The notes beneath the pieces were generated by a model. It searched no databases. It saw only the letters and a program-made list of their open reading frames with translations, and was not told where the DNA came from. From Octopus sinensis (Eukaryota), in contig NW_021827121.1 in the NCBI RefSeq assembly GCF_006345805.1, forward strand, positions 1 through 11,017: DNA of 11,017 bases. The letters are read 5' to 3'. Position numbers and translations under genes: made by a program. Of this stretch, positions 1-7,929 are shown piece by piece; the first letter of the stretch is position 1, and each line of letters opens with the position of its first letter.

Positions 1-340
1 AGATGTATGTATAAAAAATAAGTAGATAAATATATAAATTGATAAATAAATAAATATATAAATATGTCTGTCACACACCTGTGATAAATGTAAGACTGAG
101 ATAGATAAAATAGATAAATAAAACTACACAAAGGGCATAGATACATGCGAAGCGAACCCATGCACACACACATGGCAATAACAACAACAAGTACCATGAT
201 GGCAACACCGTGGGCAAACACACATACACAGTGCAACACAGGAACTGTACCATACTTTTTTCGGGTCTTAGGACTGCAGTAGCACAATATGGTGAGAAGA
301 TTGGGCTGAGGGGAAGGCCACACTGCTGCCAAAAACTATG

Positions 341-378
341 ACATACAAGCATACACACGCACATGCATACACACATGT

Positions 379-410
<32 letters not shown>

Positions 411-412
411 AC
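341..412. repeat. (CA)n / CATA compound microsatellite
   Basis: Directly visible acacacac run with CATA interruptions. Confidence 0.95.
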
Positions 413-519
413 AAAAGGACACAAACGTATGCGTACATAAGTATACACATCTTAGCAGACCAGAATAGAGTAAGTGGAGCAAGAATACACACTAAAACGA
501 AAAGGGTTGCTGAAGAGGT

Positions 520-900
520 CACAGATGTTTATGGATTCAGTCTCACTTCGTAGCACATTGGGCAGATGTCTTCTACTATAACCACGGGTCTACCAAAGCC
601 TTGTGAGCGGATCTAGTTGACGGAAACTGAAAGAAGCCTATCGTATATGTATGTGTGTGTATGTGTGCGTGCGTGTTTATGTGTATTTGTGTCTGATTTG
701 TCCCTCACCTTTCTTTGACAACCGGTGTTCTTGTATTTATGTCCACGTAACTTAGCGGCTCGGCAAAAATGACGGATAGAATAAGAACCAAGCATTAAAA
801 GAACAAAAGTGCTACGGTCCATTCATTCGAATAAAACTCTTCAAAGTGGTGCCCCAGCATGACCGCAATGTAACAACTGAAACAAGCAGAAGATAAAAAG
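520..900 (+). mobile_element. tRNA-derived SINE with internal (TA/GT) microsatellite, 5' head degraded (octopus-type family 1)
   Basis: Homologous within this window to the reverse complement of 7927-8072 (GG.TTCAGTC...ACCAAAG...ACGGAAAC) and of 7159-7400 (CAGCATG.C.GCA...TGAAA.AAG.A.AAGA). B-box-like GGATTCAGTCTC at 533-544, internal microsatellite at about 644-690, A-rich end at about 890-900. The family assignment to octopus is from recall. Confidence 0.75.
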
Positions 901-1645
901 GCATTAGCTAATTTTAAATAAATAAAAAAAAATCAGAGGTTACTTCTCCTAGCATCACTTCACCAGAATTCGTAAAGCTACACATTCTTTTTCTCTACCA
1001 CATGTATGATTTCAATTAAATAACATTTCTTGGCTCACTGCATGTTAGCATCGCCCATATAATTTACATATCTTTCAATATATAGTTTTGATACATGACA
1101 ATTTATTTTACTTCTATATTTTCTGTTATATAAATGCGACATTATATACTGAACAAATAGAAATTCACATATATCCCTCATATATACAGAGAAATCGAAG
1201 TATTAATAATCGAAATGAATAAATAAAAAATAAATTCCATTAATAAAGAATTTTTTTTTTTATTTTTTGTAGATTAAATATGCGTTCCATTGATATACAT
1301 TTGAATGGATCCTGTTATTGTAGTTGTATTACAATAAACATCGATTTTCCATTGTTACTGTTACATCACTGAATAAACATTCTTTTGACATATGCTTCTA
1401 TTGATGGTCCCTGCTAAAATCTTCGTTTCAAAATGTTTAGCTTTCAAACTTCGAACACATGTCGCAGGCACAGACAGAGAGACATAAAGATCAAATGATG
1501 GCAACTTGGCAGTGATGGCGGTCTTAGTGGTGGAGGTGAGGTGGGGGATTGTGTGTGTGGGGGGTGTATGATGGTAGTGGTGGCGATAGGAGAGGAGGAG
1601 AAAGAACAGTAAAAGCACTCATGTGACTGATATACAGTAAAGGAA

Positions 1646-1882
1646 ACACGCACACACACACATACACACACACATACATATATATATACACATGCAAGTG
1701 CTCCTATTTATATATACATATACATACACATACATATGCATATATACGTAAAATAATGCATATACATACATACATACATATATATATATATTGTATATAT
1801 ATATATATATGGTTGTGTGTGTGTGTTTATATATAGATATATATGTATATGCATGTGTATATATGTGTGTGTGTGTGTGTGT
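1646..1882. repeat. Compound (CA)/(TA)/(CATA)/(GT) microsatellite block
   Basis: Directly visible alternating dinucleotide and tetranucleotide runs. Confidence 0.9.
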
Positions 1883-2354
1883 ACTTTTATGTACCTGTGC
1901 TTGTGTGCAAAAACATGTGTTTATTGAAATTGTGTATAAACACTGAAAATATGATAGACAAGTCTGAACTAAAAAGACAGCTTGAAAGTATACGCCTAAG
2001 CTACATGAAAGTATTTTAAAAAAAAGAGAAAAATGAAGAAGAATAAAATGGAGGCGTTGAACTAATGTTAGGTAACTGGGATGAAAGGTAGAGAATAGCA
2101 GACAAAGAAGTGCGCAATACGGCGAGACGATATAAGTAAGAGAGAGTGGGATAAACACAGAAGGAGAGTGAGAGAATGCATAGAGTATACATATATAAAA
2201 AAGGAATGAAGGATAGACTGACATGATGAATATTAAGGGCCAAGAATTTCCTCCAAAATGTTCATCAAGCTGTGTGATGAGCAATAAGTAATACACACTC
2301 AGGCGCCCACGTCGCACACTCGTAATGCATAAGTATATCTATATATATATATGT

Positions 2355-2579
2355 AAAAAAATACAAACTGGGACAAGAACGCAAAACATTTAGAAGACGA
2401 TACAAAAAACACGGACGGGACATTCGAAGCCTTCAATCTTCAGTCAAGAACTGGATCATCCTCGCAATTTCGGCTGGAGGATGATCCGGTCCTTGACTGA
2501 AGATTGAAGGCTTCGAATGTCCGTGTTTTTTGCATCGTCTTCTAAATGTTTTGCTTTCTTGTCCCATTTTGTATTTTTT
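2355..2579. repeat. Long inverted repeat (foldback), arms about 105 bp, 13-nt spacer; probably transposon-derived (MITE-like or inverted Penelope-like terminus)
   Basis: Left arm 2355-2463 is the reverse complement of right arm 2477-2579 with 5 substitutions, one 5-bp indel (GGACG duplication in the left arm) and a 1-nt homopolymer difference. Spacer is GCAATTTCGGCTG. (TA)n flanks both sides. Confidence 0.9.
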
Positions 2580-2640
2580 ATACATATATATAGCGACGCC
2601 CTTTGGTCTTATACCTATATATATATATATATATATATAT

Positions 2641-2718
2641 AATACCGGAGTAAACACATAAATGTGAAACAAGGTGGAAAAAAGAGTACTCAAATACCAG
2701 TGGTAGAGTAATATGCTT
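2641..2718. mobile_element. Possible short interspersed-repeat fragment between two (TA)n arrays
   Basis: A 78-bp high-complexity block (AATACCGGAGTAAACACATAAATGTGAAAC...) sharply bounded by (TA)n at 2616-2640 and 2724-2751. It resembles an abundant octopus repeat end from recall only. Confidence 0.3.
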
Positions 2719-2723
2719 GAGAG

Positions 2724-2754
<31 letters not shown>

Positions 2755-2816
2755 AGATAGAGAGAGAGAGAGAGAGATGTACACACATACACGCTAACAC
2801 AAACACACACACACTC
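2724..2816. repeat. Compound (TA)n-(AG)n-(CA)n microsatellite
   Basis: Directly visible. Confidence 0.9.
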
Positions 2817-3095
2817 ACATAATATCCACACTCACACATTCTGTAATCTTGTGTATTTAACCTGTATGTGTGAGTGTATTTACGCGTATTTGTGTCTGAT
2901 TTTGTGAGAATGTTTGTCTGTATGTATGCATGTTATATTATGTGATATTATAATTATCACTATTATTGTTATTGTTATTGTTTCTTCTTCTTGTTACCAT
3001 CATCATTACCACTCTGACATAAAAGTTTATGCCTAGTTGCTATAATAGTATAGATCATTAGTAATATTACTGCTGTTGTTATTAATGTGTGCCTC

Positions 3096-3098
3096 TGT

Positions 3099-3158
<60 letters not shown>

Positions 3159-3168
3159 GTGTGTGTGT
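3096..3168. repeat. (GT)n microsatellite
   Basis: About 36 TG units with two interruptions. Confidence 0.97.
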
Positions 3169-3170
3169 AA

Positions 3171-3397
3171 GGCGGCGACCTGGCAGAATTGGTAGAATTG
3201 GTAGCATGTCGAGCAAAATGCTTAGCAGCATTTGGTCTGTTTTCACCTTCCGAGTTCAAAATGCACCAACGTCGACTTTGTTTTTCATCCTTTCCGGGTT
3301 TATAAAATAAGCACCATTTGCGCACTGGGTCGATGTAATCGACTTAAGTCCTTTCCCGCAATTGCTGTTATCTTGTCAAAATTTTAAATCGTTATTA
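3171..3397 (+). mobile_element. tRNA-derived SINE (octopus-type family 2)
   Basis: Starts GGCGGCGA. Pol III A-box-like TGGCAGAATTGG at 3181-3192 (followed by a local AGAATTGGT duplication), B-box-like GAGTTCAAAATGC at 3252-3264, GTCGA-TGTAA-TCGAC dyad at 3329-3343, AT-rich tail. Matches a remembered octopus SINE; not verified by search. Confidence 0.7.
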
Positions 3398-4263
3398 TAT
3401 GTGTGTGTATAGAGTGTGTACATATATAACCAGCAAGTTTCGATACAGGTATAAGGTCCTCATACGAGGTGAATGCCGAGGTTTTGAAGTCCGTATGACT
3501 ATTAGTTTTTAACGTTAGTGCGGTGAGATAGAAATTTTGTGAGTGCAAATAAATTGGCTTGTTCTGTATGGAACTCTTGCTAGATTGACTGCTTTATTAT
3601 TCAAATTGCCAACCTTGCACCCAGAATCAAACACCGACTTTGATTCTGACAGAGAAATAAATTAAGATTATTCAAACACTTTACTTCAAGTTAACTATTA
3701 GGCTGTAGAAAGCTTTGCTCAACGAACAAATTGAATAACCATCGTCGAAACCGATAGAGATCCAAACATAAACAGCCACAGATGAATAGACACGCATTTA
3801 TAAACATACAGTATATATATATATAACATATGAGTGTGTGTATGTGTTCGTATGGATGTGTGAATAAGTATGTTGTGTATGTCTGTGCATGTATATGTAT
3901 GTGATGTGTACGTCAATCGAAGAATGATATTGTTCGATTGGTGACTAGGTGACTAAAAGGGAATGAGAACGAAATAAATGGAGAGGGGATGGATGGCGAA
4001 CGTATGCAATAGAACGGGAAAGAAACATCGGGAGAAAGAAAAATACGGAGCGAGCATGAGAAGAGAAAGATAGGAGAAGAGGCGAAGGCAGTGTTTGGTT
4101 CTTCATCAGCTACCCCCCGGTACAAGTTAACAATGTTTCAGTGTCTTTTAATTTCATGAAACTGACATTTCCATTGCGCTGACAGCAATATTGGTTGAGC
4201 ATTGGAGCTATCAATGGATGCTGGCACATTCCAGAAGCTACTTGTTATCGACCTAGGCACCAA

Positions 4264-4419
4264 CATCATCATCATCATCACTACCAACCCTGCCATCGTC
4301 ATCATCATAATCAACATTTTGAAATGGAACTGCATCAAAAAGATATATCTACCTTCTTCGTCGACTTGAACGCCATTATATTCATCATCGTCATCATAAT
4401 TATTCATCATCATCATCAT

Positions 4420-4478
<59 letters not shown>

Positions 4479-4498
4479 CCATCATCGTCGTCGTCGTC
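4264..4498. repeat. (ATC)n trinucleotide repeat region, near-pure at 4404-4486, ending in (GTC)n
   Basis: Directly visible. It accounts for the poly-His and poly-Met ORFs. Confidence 0.95.
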
Positions 4499-5942
4499 AA
4501 TATATGCCACAAATGTATTCCTCATATCATTGTATATTTACCCTCTTTTCATTTTCTTCGGTATGAAACCCATCCTGTTCGCTATCACCGTCTATTATTC
4601 CAACAACATCCTGATTCTATCTCTCTCTCTATCCAAACACATGTGTATCAAATACCATTAAACGTAGTTTCGTAATTTATTAAAATTACCTCCTCCTCCA
4701 GAGAATATATCACGATTGCCATAAATTAACTGAGGCTGCCTTCATATAAGAAGGGGAAGTAATTTTAAAGTATCAGGAATTCTCTAGATTTCGAACGCCA
4801 TTAATGAAACGGATAGGGTGATGGTCTACATGTAAGAAGGCAGTCGTAGACATGTGTTTCTATCGCAATAGCTATTATCAGAACAGCTGTTTTCTACCTT
4901 ATGTCCAGGAACCAAGTAATTAGACATACACATTTTCATTGCCTATGTAATTTGCTTTCGTTGCTGATATATGCCACTGGGTTCTCTTTTTTTAGCTCAT
5001 TTTAATTTAAATTGTACAGATTACCTCGGTCATAAGCGTGTTTTTGTTTTCATATGTATATCAGTTGGCTACTGGAGATAAGGTAAAACAAATTTCGTAT
5101 TGATGACGCCTTTGGTGGCAGAAACCTGTGTCCACAACTGACCTATTATCTTCAGATAATTTGCATTGTCCTTTTCCTAAATGGCATATCAATTTTATAG
5201 GAAATCTTGTCACTTAAGAATATCTGCCTTTCTTATATGGAGTTGCTCTCTTCTTTTCTGCTTTTCATTTCCTCAGTTAAGATTTCCTTTTGTGTTTTGT
5301 TCCTCTTTCGGCATTTTAGAGCAACTTCATATATGGTACGTGAGATACCTCAAGAGTTACCTCTAATTTCTCAAGAGTTGGAGATAATTTTAATAAATCA
5401 AGATCTTATGTATATTAGATATCTCTGCATTTGCTTACGTTCATTTTTCTTTAAATTATTCACCTTCTATTGCTGTAATACACGCAAGCATGCGTTTGTT
5501 TGTATAGTTATATGTGTATGCCTGTATTTTCTAATATTTTTGTCGTTAAACATCGCCGGCTGTAGAGCACCAACTTAGGTGGTTATATATGTATCATACT
5601 TGTGTTTATTGCCAAGCACTTATTTTTATTAGCGTCATGAATAGTGAATGGTAAAATCAATTGTGGTGAAAAATGACTTGACGACTTCCAAACGAAATGT
5701 CATTTCTGTTTATTCGTCTTTCCGGAGTTGGACCATCTTCATTAATATACATACAATAATACCCACATACACATGCGCGTAAGTGTGAGTATCTAGATAT
5801 ATATGCGTGTATAAAATATAATATCACCACTAACTGAAAGACACCAGCATCTTTGTAAATAGCTATATCAACATGCACACCAAATTTCCCATTGCCATCT
5901 ATTTATAAGAACATTCGCCATCATTCTTTCACTCTACCCAAG

Positions 5943-5966
5943 TCTCTCTCTCTCTCTCTTTCTCTC

Positions 5967-5997
<31 letters not shown>

Positions 5998-6062
5998 TCA
6001 ACTAACTCTTCTGCTCTCTCCTTCTGTCTGTTTCTCTCTCTCTCATTCTCTCTCTCTCTCTC
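5943..6062. repeat. (TC)n polypyrimidine microsatellite
   Basis: Directly visible, imperfect. Confidence 0.95.
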
Positions 6063-6585
6063 TTCCTTTCCTCTGCTGAGGTTTTTCTCCCCTATTTCCA
6101 AATATATAAACATACGTTTGAAGAAGTGAGACACATACATTTCCACAGAACCCATATACTCACTAAATGTGTACTCTTATTATGCGTTACCTTTAATATT
6201 CTACGAATATTTATATTACTCTAGGATATCTTTGCATGCGATACATGTGTCCACACCATCGCAGTCATTGCGGATATGACCTTCGATCTTGGACCTCCAG
6301 TATACTTTATGTTGGTGGTTAAAACAATCTCTGTAAACATGGGAGATTTAAACCACGGTGAGCAGAAAGTCATCACGCATGTGGCTAAAGAGAATTTAAT
6401 CACATGCAAATAGATCTCCTTGGGAAGTAGTGGGAAGTCTCCAAAGAGAATCGAAGCAAGACGACAGTCTTGCTGGTTTCTGATAAGTATCAAGAAAGAC
6501 TTGGAAGCTAACGATTGCTTTGAGGAATATGTTGATTATACTTAGCTATGATGGACAATTTATTCTCAATACTTCCATACTTACA

Positions 6586-6640
6586 TACATACATATATTT
6601 ATATATATATGTGTGTGTATAAAACTATATGTTTGTGTGA

Positions 6641-6685
<45 letters not shown>

Positions 6686-6688
6686 TAT
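6586..6688. repeat. (CATA)/(TA)/(GT) compound microsatellite
   Basis: Directly visible. Confidence 0.85.
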
Positions 6689-6808
6689 ATATTGGTTCTC
6701 TCAAGGTAAACAACACCGTATTTAGTGTTACACAGCATCGACATTAAGTTAGATATAAAGACTGCTTTAGGTATTAATACTGTTTCTGTAGCTATTAATT
6801 ATTTTTTC

Positions 6809-6880
6809 ATAAGCCTGCAGGCTATCTACAACATCAGTGCCTGGAAAGACACTGATGTTGCAAATAGCCAGGAGGTTTAT
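6809..6880. ncRNA. Candidate pre-miRNA-like hairpin (72 nt, stem of 34 positions); strand unresolved
   Basis: GGCTATCTACAACATCAGTG (6820-6839) pairs with CACTGATGTTGCAAATAGCC (6850-6869) at 18/20. Pairing extends to 6809/6880 with only 1x1 mismatches. The apex is C-T-GGAA-A-G. The hairpin itself is certain; its function as an RNA is inferred. Confidence 0.35.
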
Positions 6881-6919
6881 ATATCGCTGGTAGTGAGATT
6901 CCGCTGTTATGTCACTACC

Positions 6920-7017
6920 GGGCGTCCGCCAATGTAGAGGCTGTACAGGTGAAATCACGTGATCTGGCAGTTCCGGTGCCTAGAGCAGACGATACTCGCC
7001 CGCCAAAGATATAAATA
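6920..7017. promoter_or_regulatory. Promoter-like motif cluster (GC box-like, CCAAT, E-box, ETS-like, E2F-like, TATA)
   Basis: GGGCGTCCGCC 6920-6930, CCAAT 6929-6933, ATCACGTGAT palindrome 6954-6963, TTCCGG 6971-6976, CCCGCCAAA 6999-7007 (TTTGGCGGG on minus), TATAAATA 7010-7017. Locally GC/CpG-rich against an AT-rich background. Confidence 0.3.
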
Positions 7018-7158
7018 TGAGTGCCTTTATTTACCATGCGTCCATGTTAGAGGTCCTTTCAAGGTGAATACATCAGTATCTGGTGTTCTAACACAACAAC
7101 CACGTAAAGTAAATATAAAGATTGGCTTTCGAGATTAGTACTGATTCTGCAGCTTTAT

Positions 7159-7407
7159 GTCTCTTTTACTTCTTTCATTTATTTAACTGCAGCCATGCTA
7201 GGGCACCGCCTTGAATGGTTTTAGTCGAACAAATTGATCACAGGACATATTTTTAAAACTGGGTACTTATCCTATCGGTCTTTTTTGCTGACCCCAGGGC
7301 TTATTTTAGAAAACCAGGTACTTATTGTATCAGGGTCTTTTGCCAAAGAGTTAGGGTACGGGAGACAAACACAGATACAAAGACACTCGCTTATATATAT
7401 ATAGATA
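7159..7407 (-). mobile_element. 3' portion of a family-1 SINE (minus strand), ending at its internal TA tract
   Basis: Reverse complement aligns by eye to 690-900. It contains a diverged tandem duplication of a unit of about 53 bp and ends in TTATATATATATAGATA, where the mariner begins. Confidence 0.75.
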
Positions 7408-7929
7408 TACGAAGGAGAGTAAAAAATTATACGCACCCTTGGTTTTTCAGTGTATTTACACAAAAGCAGGGGATAAACAAGTACATCACTTCCCTATATA
7501 GTCTCCTCTCTTTTCGATGCACTTGGTCCAGCAGTCCAGAAGCTTGCGTATTCCTTCCCAGAAATAAGTTTTCGGTTGGTCGTGCAAGCAGTTATGCACA
7601 GCCTCCTTCATCCGTAGGAAATCGACAACCTCCTAAGCCATTTTTGAGCGGTACAATGATATGATGGTCGGAAGGGGTGAGACCTAGGCTATAGGCAGGG
7701 CATTCCAGCACTTCAGAACCCAATTGGTTAATGATTTCAATGCTCTGGGTGGCCGTGTGTGGGCGCTCATTGTCATGCAGCAACTAAACTTTCTTCGACA
7801 ATAGGCTTCGGCATTTGGTGCGAATTGCTGGCTTCAGTCTGTTGGCCAGCAAAGTACTGTATCTTATACCCCTTTTCCAGAGAAATTGGATCACTGCCCT
7901 TTGTTCTTCTTTGGTGCACATTGCTAGTG
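7408..7929 (-). mobile_element. Truncated, internally deleted mariner DNA transposon (irritans-like)
   Basis: TA followed by TIR-like CGAAGGAGAGTAAAAAATTATACGCAC (7408-7436), about 50 bp 3' of the transposase stop. Transposase remnants lie on the minus strand. The second TIR and 5' leader are absent. The subfamily call is from recalled motifs. Confidence 0.9.
7486..7929 (-). pseudogene. Mariner transposase pseudogene (N-terminal stub fused in frame to the C-terminal catalytic region)
   Basis: Minus-strand translation: LAMCTKEEQRAVIQFLWKRGIRYSTLLANRLKPAIRTKCRSLLSKKV*LLHDNERPHTATQSIEIINQLGSEVLECPAYSLGLTPSDHHIIVPLKNGLGGCRFPTDE, then a frameshift near 7608, then KEAVHNCLHDQPKTYFWEGIRKLLDCWTKCIEKRGDYIGK* (stop 7486-7488). 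The HDN and PSD aspartates are separated by exactly 34 residues (D34D). There is an in-frame TAG at 7784-7786. Confidence 0.92.

Noticed and set aside
2497-2521. Hammerhead-like core CTGAAGA-N10-CGAA-TGTC in the foldback arms
   Set aside because: It has GAAU rather than GAAA, no convincing stem II closing pair and no adjacent stem I. It does not meet the ribozyme consensus, though an Infernal search would be the decisive test.
3463-3720. TACGAGG start resembling a mariner TIR, followed by high-complexity sequence
   Set aside because: I found no matching inverted end and no recognisable transposase peptide.
4138-4566. Poly-His (+) and poly-Met (-) ORFs of about 123 aa
   Set aside because: Both are translations of the (ATC)n array. 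The non-repeat parts match no family I recognise, and no convincing splice context is visible.
5100-5143. C/D box-like pair TGATGA...CTGA
   Set aside because: The span is only about 40 nt and there is no terminal stem.
6221-6493. 90-aa minus-strand ORF, and a minus-frame peptide VYWRSKIEGHIRNDCDGVDTC reminiscent of an integrase zinc finger
   Set aside because: Cys spacing does not fit HHCC, the frame has upstream stops, and I recognise no family.
6845-6865. ACTGATGTTG similarity to the 3' end of vertebrate miR-21
   Set aside because: The seed region does not match and miR-21 is not expected in this lineage; a coincidental 10-mer.
6780-6924. H/ACA snoRNA reading of the two hairpins on the minus strand (AUAUAA hinge fits ANANNA)
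   Set aside because: The long hairpin has no pseudouridylation pocket, the hinge partly overlaps its stem, and the nearest ACA is about 20 nt from the hairpin base.
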